Of a DNA stretch of 64,000 nt, positions 25,736 to 37,491 are shown piece after piece. The stretch is from Gnetum montanum (taxonomy: Eukaryota; Plantae; Gnetophyta), in NCBI GenBank assembly GCA_015680685.1, contig MNCI01001919.1, forward strand, positions 342,079 through 406,078, written 5' to 3'. Position 1 is the first letter of the stretch. Every line of letters starts with the position of its first letter. Both the position numbers and the translations under genes were made by a program. The notes beneath the pieces are model-generated. The model saw nothing but the letters and a program-made list of their open reading frames with translations. It searched no databases and had not been told where the DNA came from.

Positions 25736-27282
25736 ACAACCTTTCTAACGATACACTTTCTTCCAATTTTTTTTAGAATCACATTGATCCAAGAATTCTA
25801 TTCTTTATTCCTTTTCATTACGACAAGATGTTTAGGCTAATATTGCCACGTCACACGTCACCTTTACTAACACTTGCACCTGTGTCATCCAACTCCACCT
25901 CTACCTCAAGAAAATCGTCCTCGTAGGGACCTTCTTCTTGTGGGGTCTCTTCGTGAGGACAGTCCTCTCTGCAAGGCTCTTCCTCATGGGATTTCTCTTC
26001 ATGAGGATCATCATCTTCATTATGCTCCTCCTCGTGAAGACTCTCTTCACATGGACCATAATCTCCATTACACTCATCCTCATGAGGATCCTCCTCGTTC
26101 CGATCCTACTGTTTGACATGATGCCCATGTTAGCATTGTCATCGAGACTGCACATAATAAGAATGCAATAGGCCTACAAATTACTTGTGATGGTCCTGCG
26201 TCAGCCGTGAAGGGAATCTATTCCAAACCAACCCATAGGCGTTGCATGATCTCGTCCTCGGTAAGCTCAGAACAAATGCCATCTCCTAGATCAGTTCCAG
26301 CCTTAACCTTCCCCTTCTCCACAGGAGTCCATTGGGGTAGTTCAGGAAAGAAGGAAGGGAAAATGGTCTCCCTGCTAGGGAGGGTTATTTCCCTCTCTGG
26401 GGAAGCGGTTACTGTCACTTGCTCCTGAAACTTTTTGTACGCTCTAGAAGCACCGATGACATCAAGAAATAGTCGAAGGGACCGTGCTTCAACAGCAGAA
26501 TCCTTGTAATGTTGGCAGTAGGCAACACATTCTCGCTTATACATGTGCTTATGATCTTTCTGTGTCTACCCCCATTCTTGGACCATCGCGCTGTAATCCT
26601 TCCAGTCTTGGTTCTTATGGGCTAGGAGATTCATTTGCATCCGTTGCTCAATGAGTTCATGACTGGCTTAGACATTATTTCTGAAGACCGTCCAATAGTG
26701 GGCATAGTCAATTACAGCTATCTACAAGTTCTCATCATTGGTCTCTCGAGCTAGCAGAAATTCATTTCGAGACTCCAGGTCCTCAACCCTACCAGTTAGG
26801 AACGTCTTCTTCTTTTCTGCTTTTTGCAATCTCTTCGAAAGAGCTTCGTTGACATTCTGGAACTCCCATAAAGAGCGGGTCAAGCGTAACACACATTTAA
26901 ACATTTTTTCATAAAGGTTGCGTGGTATTTCGGTCAGCTCTGATGAGGGTTCAGGGACAGTGTCCAAGTCAACAAGCTCTTTGGGATCCCATCTGAGGCG
27001 AGATCCTATAACATAAAAATAATAGTGAGATGCAACAAAATGATACAATATCATAATGCCAAAAATCCCTACATTATAACACTTGCATAATAATCTTAGG
27101 ATTGATTCACTCTAGATAGCTGATCATATCCTTCGCAATGCCTTTCATAAAGGTAAATTTATTAGTGGCCTTACCCCAATGCTGAGTGGGTGCCATTGAC
27201 AAGGGCACTATACCGTTCGAAATCATCGATCTCCAGTTGGAATGAATCAGAAACTAGGAGATCCCTGGACAAGCATAGATGA

Positions 27283-27287
27283 NNNNN
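27283..27287. other. Assembly gap (5 N)
   Basis: nnnnn in the sequence. Confidence 1.
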
Positions 27288-27519
27288 AAGTCCAGCGTAT
27301 AGGATGCAGGTTTCTCAATTTGCTTAGTGTGGTCTGCCCCAATTTTTGCCAAGATGCTTACCATTTTTGAACCTGGATCTGGTCAAAAATTGAAGTTTTT
27401 ATACGGGTTTCGACGTTAGACCTAGGTCTGAAAGGGGATGAGTCATTGTAAGGTGAGAAAAATTTGGATCGGGAGACAGGTGGTGCATTGATTGAGTGCA
27501 GGATATGTTGCAACTGTAT

Positions 27520-27783
27520 AGTGTATAGCATGCCAGCATACAGCATGTTAGCATACAGGATGCCAGCATATAGCATGCCAGCGTATAGCATGCCAGCGTA
27601 CAGGATGCCAGCGTAGAGCATGCCAGCGTAGAGGATGCCAGTGTATAGCATGCCAATGTATAGGATGCCAGTGTATAGGATGCCAGCATACAACATGCCA
27701 GCATATAGGATGCCAGTGTATAGGATACCTGCGTAGAACATGCCAGCGTACAGGATGCCAGCGTACAGCATGCCAGCGTACAC
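27520..27783. repeat. 15-bp minisatellite (G(C/G)ATGCCAGCGTATA consensus, ~17 copies)
   Basis: Directly visible. It produces repetitive ORFs in three minus frames. Confidence 0.95.
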
Positions 27784-27829
27784 CAAAAATGTACCCAACG
27801 TACACACATGAAAATGCTTCATTTTAAGG

Positions 27830-28565
27830 TCAAACCTTGATTTTCAAGTACCTAAGAGCTACTAGGGACCCTGAGAAAGGTCTTGCGGGGTCCAGACACT
27901 CAGTTCTGGCATGTTTTGACTCATTTTTGGGGCCCACAAGTTGCTCTACGCTGGCTGCATGCTGGGCGTATACGTTGTACGTAGAGGAATGAAAGACCAT
28001 TATTTGGAGCCCAAAATTTGATTCTCAAGTTCCTGAGAGCTACTAGGGACCTTGGTAAAGTTCCTAGGGGGTCCAAACGCTCAGTTCTGGCGTGTTTTGA
28101 CTCATTTTTGGGGCTCGAAAGTTGCTCTACGCTGGGCTATACGTTGGGCGTAGAGGAATGAAAGACCATCATTTGGAGCCCAAAATTTGATTTTCAAGTG
28201 CTTGAGAGCTGCTAAGGACCTTGGGTAACGTCCTAGGGGGTCTAGATGCTTAGTTTTGGCATGTTTTAACTCATTTTTGGGGCCCAAAAGTTGCTCTATG
28301 TTGGGCTATACGCTGGGCATATACGTTGGGTGTAGAGGAATGAAAGACCATTATTTGGAGCCCAAAATTTGATTTTCAAGTGCCTGAGAGCTATTGAGAA
28401 CCTTGGGGAAGGTCCTAGGGGGTCCAAAAAATCAGTTCTGGCATGTTTTGACTTATTTTTGGGGCCCAAAAGTTGCTATACGCTAGGCTATACGCTAGCC
28501 AGCGTACACCAAGGTGTGCCCAGAGTATACTTGGTTAAAACCAAGTATTTTGGACCCAAAACTTG
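27830..28565. repeat. ~170-180-bp tandem repeat (~4 copies)
   Basis: gaggaatgaaagacc recurs at ~27984, 28154 and 28335, and catttttgggg(c)cc-like motifs recur 4 times. Confidence 0.9.
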
Positions 28566-31500
28566 AAATTCCTAATGCCAGATGCTAATGTAGTCACTTG
28601 TGGATCCTGAAGAACTCTCTCTTATTTAAATATGCTCCGTTTGATGCTATTTTTAAGGTTCACAAGTTTCAGTCATGCTGGGAAGTATCATGACTTAGCT
28701 TGATTCTTGTCTGAAAGTGCTGGGTCCAAATTTTTGTGGTGTTTCAAGCATGATGCCAATGTCAGAAGTACCTATTACACAAAGAAAAATGAGTTAGACA
28801 TAGTATGATGGACATAAATGACAATTGGAACATTACAATAATGCAAAACTCAATCCAAAAAAACCCTCAATGGTAGTAACATGAGATTTTCCTCTGAGGA
28901 AAAGTCAAACTCACGAGCGATAAGCTACTCCCCTTTTCTTAGCTCATTCGAAAGGACTTTAGTGTCCTCTACTTCCATCTCTTCTTCATGAACAGGAACC
29001 TGTGTTCCACCTGCATTACTAACAGGGGCCTCCTTTTCCAAAATTTGGACCCCTCCTTCATGTCGAATGACTATTGTCGCTGTTTTAGGGGTCAACTCCT
29101 CTACATTCTTCCCTTGGTTTACTAAAAAATAGTTAATCAAAACACTTACAAATGCTACGAAATTCCACTTCTATATGCATCGTAACAAATATATAAACTA
29201 ATTACGCATCTCTGTACTTACCAGCTAGTGGATCGTTCCTATGAAACTTAATTTGCAACCTCTTTCTCTCTACATCAGTTGAACCAGCAGACTCCATAGC
29301 TAGACGATGCTTTTTCCGCTGGACTAACGAATCCACTATTTCTTCTGCAAGGCATTTCCCCCTTGACACACTACTGGTGAAAGAAGGAAGTACGTGGCCT
29401 AGCCCCGCATATGAGGCACCACCAAACTCTTAGTCGTAAGTGAAAGGGAATCCCCAATGCCTTCGGGGGGATCTTGCAATCGGGTAGTGCTGAAAACCTA
29501 GGAAATCTAAGGTTTGGAAATCTGGTTACGATCTTGCTACACCCAGATTCCATTCCTCCAAACCACCAGGAATTTGGCAAAATGCCGAAAGCAAGCTATA
29601 AAGAAGGTAAAATGCACGTTGAAGCAGGACTTAAGATTCTTACGAAGCTTGACCATTTCAGCCTGCAGGCCTTCAGCAAAGTAGCTGGCCCAATTATATC
29701 ATGTTCCCTCCTTCATATCCTCCCACATGATCTGAGCCTACTCTATGGTAAGGATTCTCCCTTGGGAAAGCCACTTGGGGAAGGCGCGGGCTCGGAAGAG
29801 GGGATAAATGGTATGAGCCACCTCTAGCTCGATTTTATTAGCAGTGATTCCTTTCACTTCCTTGTTAACCCCTAGCCACTCTTCTATCTCCTTCTGGTGC
29901 TTAGAACTCCTCTTTGACTTTTCTTCTACTGGAAGAACATTAGAGGGAATGCCAAAAAAGTTAGTGAATAGTCGAGTGTCAATATCAAAACTTACATGCA
30001 TGTTACGCATGTGTATGCAAAGACGCTCAGCTTATTTGCTGAAGGAGTTAACTAAGGTTAGCATTTCTCCTATGGTGACGTCGGGGGTTACAGCTAAAAA
30101 TAGCTCAATTAGTCCAGCTTCTCAGAGATTATTGGTTAGTACAACTGGGGCCGCACTATGGCTGAGCCAACATTGCGTTTCTTTTATGTCACCATAACAA
30201 AACAAAAGACTGCTCGCTTCACACTCGGAAGCCATAACCATGATCTTCCATGATTCCTTAACTATAAACATAAAACAAGGGTTTAGATAATATAGTAAAA
30301 TAAAATGATTTTACACATTGTTTCCATTTCGTAAGATTGTACAATGAACCATTGTAGCGTAATTTACTACGTCTGAAAGGCGAAGGAAACGGTGGGATTT
30401 TCTCTTGCACGTCTGCAACAGTGAGAGGACGATCCAAAGTCCACTCTTTATCTACCCATCCAAGCCTTTTTCACTTGGTAAAAAATTTGACATAGCGGTT
30501 AGGGTAATGTGGGATTTCCAATTCTAGTTGTCCCATAACACTAGCACATACATTGCTAATAAAGGTGAACTCCTTTATGGCCATTTTAGCCATAGACAAC
30601 GTATCTGTATCACCCTGGAGACCATCCTTATTGATGAAAAACCTACATCACAGAATGTAGACAATTGTTTACACTGGACACAAATTCAGACAAATGGTTA
30701 GCATATTATGACAACGTGGAAACACTTACCCACATGCATAATACACAATCCTAGGTGGATTCTGGAAGTAGGTCGTAAGATGAAGAGCCACGAACAATGT
30801 GTTGTAGGTGTGATAAAAATTAAATTTGGGCATATCCCAGATCCAAGACAAATGCCTCAAACCCCTAGCACTTTGTTCACGATCTTGCACCCACACGGTT
30901 TTGATTGAGCCATCCACCAGAAAGGTCAAAATGCTCTGTGTTGATCCAACCAGTAGCATCTCCAGAATGGCAGCGGCTATCTCAACTGGCAGATGCAACC
31001 AAATAATTACACTGTAATTATGTAAAAAAAAACTACAAAAACTTCCATGCACCTCTTCGAAATCAAATCGCCTCCTCCTTTACACGAGCATGAGGAGGAG
31101 GAACATTGGCCATGGGAACATGTAAACAACACAAAACTCTCACAATGTCCAAGACGATCAGGAAAGGCTTTAGCGTAATCCTTTACAATAAAATAGACTT
31201 CTATTAGAAATAGCAATGTAGACATACTAATGATGTAAGAGAAAAACACAAAAATAAAAGGAAAAAGGGGAGAGACGCACAAAAATTAATTACGCAACAC
31301 TAGAGTTTCCGTTACCTTGACTCCCAGGAAATTCTAGGTTACGCTGGAAATGCATTAGGAAAATTGCCCAAACCCTTGTGATCATGCAAGGTCTGTCCCT
31401 AACAATAGTGATAAAAGTAATACTACATATTACCCCAGCGTAACATGCAACATTTATGGGAGAGACGATGGAATCCTATTCATACTACATAAGGGTATAA

Positions 31501-32429
31501 TACCTGGACTCCTCCAGTTATGTATTGTGTTCGCACAATATTGCCCAAGATCACCTTAACCCTTACAACTACGTAAGGTCTATCTCTGACAATTGCTATA
31601 GCAGTAATAGTACAAACTACGATAGCTTAGCCCGCGTGACCAGTTATCAATACCCACCATAATACACATATTCAAAATAGGTACAATTGTGATGCCATAA
31701 CAATGGAAATAACAATCATGCAGGAGGGTAAAAGGCCACTTACCAAGCGAGTGGAGTAGCCTCCTGTGTTTCGACCTTGGCCTTTGAAACCTGCTACAAA
31801 CTCTCCTGCACTTCATCCATCTTTGCCAATTTGACATGTTTGCCTTTGATCTTCGGTGCCATGGTCACGATTGAACAACCTTCGCAAAATCGTCTGCTTA
31901 CGCCTTACTTCTGCTATAGCCCAATTCAAATTCCCAATGTCTCCAGTCTGTTTTGAGGATGAATCATTGACTTATAAATGAATTGGTTAAAACTAACTGT
32001 TGCATGCCCAACACAATGCAGAATTTTCTCGAAACACAGGTATGTCAGTGTGATATGAAACATGAAGATCACAACATTAATCTCATAGATATCATATAGA
32101 TTATAGTCTGAAAAGACCCTAAACTAACACGTAGCTCATCGTTTCATAATCCGATCACATTAACTATGGTTTGCACAAAATTATAAATTAGCTGTCTTGA
32201 CACGATAGATGCACCATGTTACACTTCCCACCATAGTTCATAGAAGTCTTATGCTAACATCTAGGAAATTGTGCTTACCACCTTCACAAATCATGAATAT
32301 GATACCAGTCCACTAGGACCTCAAACTGGCAGCTCTTTAACACGTACCACTAAAAAAAGAAAACCTTCTATCATTTCAACAGGTCGACAAAAAACAATGT
32401 AAAAACCTCCATTTTTGGTAGTTTTGTAG

Positions 32430-35400
32430 GTCAATTCACAAATGGACGCAGCTTTACTCATACCCCTAGCCTTAACAGGCCCATATGGGGAAATTATTAA
32501 ATAGCTCAATCACGCACTGATAGGAACTGATGCTTTCCTTTGTGATACAACCATAGCACCATTGGAAGTATCCCTAGACTGACTAGAACATTTGGCCTGA
32601 ACCCTAGACCTGGAAGCTGGTGATGTGACTGAGGATTCCCTCACTGAGGTCCCTGCGGTTACGCACAAAGGAGAAAGTAAAACTCTAAAAGTTAGTTCTC
32701 TCATTGACCAACAAACGTAGAGCGATATATCTCAAGTGCTCCAAGATAACATTACAGTGTTCGCATGGTCATATGAAGATATGCCGGGTTTAGACCCAAG
32801 GCTAATATAGCACAACATAGTTTTAGACCTGCATATCAAAGTGGTTAAATAGAAAGCACGGAAGATTAAGCCTAAAATCGTGCTAGCAGTGCGTGATGAA
32901 ATCACTAAGCTATATCAGGTTGATTTCATTTGTGCAGTCGATTATTCGGAATAGGTATCAAACATCGTAGTTGTCTCTAAGAAAACAGAAGAAATATGCA
33001 TCTATATACACTTCCATGATCTAAACAAGGCCACGATTAAAGACAACTTCCCATTACCGAGTATCGACCAACTTATCGATACAACAGCTGGCCATGCATT
33101 ACTATCCTTTATGGATGGGTTTTCAGGCTATAATCAAATCTATATCAACCCAGAACACCAACTGACTATGACTTTCATGACCCCCTGGGGAACTTTCTGT
33201 TACACCATGATGCCTTTTGGGTTAAAAAATGCTGGAGCAACCTATCAATGCGCTATGACATACATCTTTAGGGATTACCTCTTAGAGAGATTGAACAACT
33301 ATGTAGACGACATAGCTGTCAAATCTAAAAAGTTGGAATATCACTCAGAAGACCTACAGTTAATTCTTAAATGATGTCTCACACACGACCTATGGCTCAA
33401 CCCAAGAAAATGCGTGCTTGGAGTCAAAACTGGGCACATGTTGGGGTATGCGGTATTAGAGACTTGCATCCGAGTTGACCCCAACAAGGATAAATCCATT
33501 GTTAATCTGGCACCACCTACAAACTTCAAAGAACTACGTGGGCTACAAGGTAGGTTGCAATTTATTAGGCACTTCATCCCGAGATTAATAGACAAGTTAC
33601 ACCCTATGCAACATTTGCTCAGGAAAGGGGTTAACTTCGAATGGACCGAGAATTGCCAACGTGCATTTGAAAATCTAAAGAAAGAGCTGTTACATTTGCC
33701 AACAGTTTTCCTGCCACAAAGGGATCAACCTTTCTACATATACCTGGCAAGCTCAGAGGTGTCTATAGCTATGTTGTTGTGCCAAAGAAGGGACAACGGG
33801 TTAGAAGTTCCTATCTACTATCTAAGTCAGACTCTATTTGCGTACGAAACATGGTACAATGAAGTAGAGCGTAATTGTTTAGCATTGGTTTTTGCACTCA
33901 AGAAATTTAGGCACTATCTTTTCTATAGCCAAGTCAAAATAATCTGTAAAAATAACATTCTATGAGCCATCACAAAAAATTTATATGAAAGTAGTAGGAT
34001 AGCCTGCTGGAAATCCATCACAATAGAATTCGACTTGCACTACGTTAGCCAATCTTCCACGAAAGGCCAAACGACAACTGACCAGCTTGCAACATCACCG
34101 ATTAATGATCAAGCCACGATAGAACCTGAGTTTCCTGATGAATAGATATGTATTTTAAGCCTTGTATCGATAGGCCTCGAAGTGACATTATACTTCGATG
34201 GAGCTTCAACTACCAGAGGTGGCAGTGCCGCTACTGTCATTACGCTCTCCCCTAAGGATGTTCATCCATTGGCTTACCACTTGGCATTCCCTTATATGAA
34301 CAATGTGGAAGAGTACGAGGGGCTCCTTAAGGGATTGTTAATAGCCAGAGAACTCAATGTTCAACACCTGGCAATTTGAGGTAATTCGATGCTTGTCATT
34401 AATCAAATCATAGGGGTCTATGCCTGTGAAGCTATGCATCTACAACCCTATTGCGATATGGCTAAAGATCTCCTGAAACAATTTATGACAACTGATGTCC
34501 AACATGTGCCATGTAATGAAAATGTTGTAGCCAATGTACTAGCCACACTGGCCTTAAATGTGCCACCACATTTGTTTGCCACTTGGCCCGCTTTAATGAT
34601 GGAATGTACAAAGCCTATCATTCAAGTAGAGCAAATTTCTTCTCTAAGCACAGGTGGAACGCCAGAATGGTACGATAACATTAAAGCCTACCTTCTGCAT
34701 GGCGAACCACTGGACGAGCTAACACCCACACAAAAAGACGCAATTCGCAAGCGTGCTTGGCAATATGTCATCACTGAAGACATTACTCTCTATAGATGCT
34801 CTTTTGATGAAGTATTGCTAACCTGCATTAATAATGACCAAGCACAATGAATAGTTAGTGAAGTCCATGAAGGACTATGTGGGGGACATATAACCCCATG
34901 AGCCATGGCCACTAAAATCAGATACTTAGGGTATTATTGGTCGTACATGGAACAATACTGCCTCACTAAGGTTAAGACATGTGACACATGCCAATGTTAC
35001 GCAAATCTAATACATGTGTTACCAACTGAATTGCATATTACACAGATCACTTGGCCATTCCAATGATGGGAACTAGACATCATAGGTCCCATCACGCCTA
35101 AGTCTTTTGTAGGACATAGCTTCATCATCACCGCCACTGAGTATTTCACGAAGTGGGTCGAGGCTATTCCCCTATGAAAGATTACATCTCAATAGGCTTG
35201 CCATTTTATCTTGGACAATATAGTAGCTAGGTTTGGGCTTCCCATGACTATTGTGATTGACAACGGGCCATAATTTAGTAGCATCAAAACCAAATCTTTT
35301 TGCAATAACCTTGGTATCAAGCAATCTTTTTCCTCACCTTATTACCCATGAGTAGATGGTCAAGTAGAAGCAACAAAAAAGGTGGTCATCAATCTACTCA

Positions 35401-35910
35401 AGAAGATGCTCAGTAGTAACAAAAAATGATGGCATGAAAAAATCCTCTATGTGCTATGGGCCTATCATATGACATGCAGAATAGCTACCGATAACGACAC
35501 CCTACAACCTAGTCTGTAGATCTGAAGTAGTGTTGCCCCTGGAACTACAAATTCCATCATTGTGGATGGTCCTCTCCATTATTATAAATGAGACTCAACA
35601 CAACGAGTCCAGGATTGTGGATTTAGACTCAATAGAGGAGAAACACATCTAGACGCTCGACACCATCGAAAGGTATCAAGATGGGCAGAAACAAAAGCAT
35701 CATCACAACTTGCATCAATGACCGATCAAGAAAGGAGACTTGGTTCTCAAAGCCGTTTGTGAACCAGCAGGAAAATTCTCTACAAGTTGGGAAGGCCCTT
35801 TCCTGGTTGTCAATGCATATGGCAACAGAGCATTCAGGCTAGTAGACATCAATGGAAATAAACACCTGAACCTAGTGAATCATATGTATCTAAAGCGGTA
35901 CCACATCTAA
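32430..35910 (+). pseudogene. pol: RT-RNaseH-additional RNaseH-integrase of B
   Basis: FAWSYEDMPGLDP, MDGFSGYNQI, YVDD (33300), PFYIYLASSEVSIA (RH), LYFDGAS...NNVEEYEGLLKGL...NSMLVINQ (aRH), EVHEGLCGGH..CDTCQ and WEGPF (INT). The RT-RH-aRH-INT order is diagnostic of the Tat clade. Confidence 0.93.
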
Positions 35911-35949
35911 ACATTGACTCGGCTCAAACGCAAGGTAAAAAAAATCTGC

Positions 35950-36300
35950 TACAATGTAAAACTAGAAATGTTGTACACATTCGCTATGACGTAAAATTGG
36001 CATTTCTTGCATGCGTCCGTCACAACGATAAACTGGCAAAGTTTCTGACTGTCCACCATGACGTGAAACTGGCAAGGTAAGCATCCATCTACTAAGATGC
36101 TAAACCAGCACAGACTTGTACCTGGGTCACGACATAAAACTGACACCCACAGCACAGTTGACTGGGACCATAAACTAGCTCTTCCACTATCTGCTATGAC
36201 ATAAAACTAGCCGGCTTCAGTATGCGCAGACTTTAAACTGGGACCACAGTTTGCTGAGACTTAAAACCAACAACAACGGTCAACTAGGACTCAAAATTGA
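35950..36300. repeat. Degenerate ~35-40-bp tandem repeats in the 3' UTR of B
   Basis: Recurrent gac(g/a)taaaactggca-like core. Confidence 0.75.
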
Positions 36301-37478
36301 AATCTGTTAATAGAAAATCCATGAAGTAAGCGAGCGTGATCACTCTTGCACTGCATCCCTACCAGATGGAATGGGTAAGGTGTTGGAAAAGATGCAATGC
36401 CGCTACCCCACTGGCATCCTACTAATTCCTCGGATATGCGAAAAGGCATACTATTGACCTCTTGGAGATGTTGCTATGACAGCCACTCTGTAGTTGCAAC
36501 TCCTGGGATCAACTTCATTGCTTGGAATCCCAAAGAAACTATGGTCATCCATAGCCTCGGTGGCCTCCACCCATCACCACCACCAAACTCTGGCTTAGTA
36601 GATTCATTTGACTGGTTCTTTGCCAATCGTTTGAGCAAGATGAATCTAGTTGTTGACGATGAATTCATGAATCATGGCATCAACATAGGGACCCTTGCTT
36701 CTTGCTACAGTCCCTTTTTCGTGGCCGATGCTCTCCTTTTCACTTCGGATGGCACTTGTTTCAACAACCTCCCTAGAGATTAGGAAGATTTCTTTTGCTC
36801 TCTGTTCTCTGTTATGTTTGTAGGTTACTTGCTATGATGGCGTTGATCAAGAATGCATTCACTAGGAGGTGAGGTATCATGGCATTTTGAGGTGGCTACT
36901 TAGACTATCCTAACTACTTGGGAGTGCAAACCCTACCTTTCCCTCCATTAGACAGCTTACTTCACTTTCTTCTTCTCTTATCCTTACAACTGCCTTTACC
37001 CTCTTCTTTGTTTGTACAAGATGTGAGCATATAATTAATTATTTCACACCATCATGTCCATGAACTAGTGTAACACAACTTGCCTCGTGGAATGTAAGTT
37101 ACACTCTCAAAAAAAATGGGCAAAGCTAGGCAAAATGGATGTAAAACAACTCATCTAGGCCATATAGGCATAACACAACTCGTCTGTGCAAGCCCTTCAT
37201 ATGCAGTATAGCAGCGTAACCTCTCGCGAATACACCCACGAAAGGATGCCTAATAAATTTTTTGTGAAAGTTTCCTGTTCACATGCTTGACTCTTCCCTG
37301 AACCTCCCTCCTCTCACTTCTTTAAGATCCCTCCTATTCTCCTCCTCCCTCCTTCGCACTTCCAGGTTTGAGAGAGCAACATCTGAGTAGTTGCCGATGG
37401 ACGCTGTTGGTGTCTTTATCTCTCTGGTGTTTCATATTCTTTGTTGATGTTTATCAGGTAAGCCCTCTAAACATCAAC

Positions 37479-37489
37479 AAAGAGGGGCC
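37479..37489 (+). promoter_or_regulatory. Polypurine tract of B
   Basis: aaagaggggcc immediately before the 3' LTR. Confidence 0.85.
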
Positions 37490-37491
37490 AT

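Larger units (their letters stand above)
25851..31862 (-). pseudogene. Antisense multi-exon accessory gene of B (basic N-terminus, Transposase_32/PMD-like domain, coiled coil, acidic tail)
   Basis: Starts MAPKIKGKHVK at 31862. GTAAG donors at ~31744, 30728, 29221 and 27361 have matching T-rich YAG acceptors. Exon peptides are homologous to those in D. TGA at 25851 and AATAAA at 25804-25809. The domain name is by-eye resemblance only. Confidence 0.75.

Noticed and set aside
27358-27822. ORFs with LYAGM / CTLAS / RWHP repeats as stand-alone proteins
   Set aside because: They are a by-product of a 15-bp minisatellite that is open in all three minus frames.
25851-31862. Intron-containing host gene or secondary DNA transposon inserted by chance
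   Set aside because: The same gene occurs at the same position and relative orientation in a second divergent element, and no terminal repeats or TSD are visible.
36397-36783. 128-aa ORF in the 3' UTR of B
   Set aside because: No recognisable motif, and I could not align it convincingly to the equivalent region of D.
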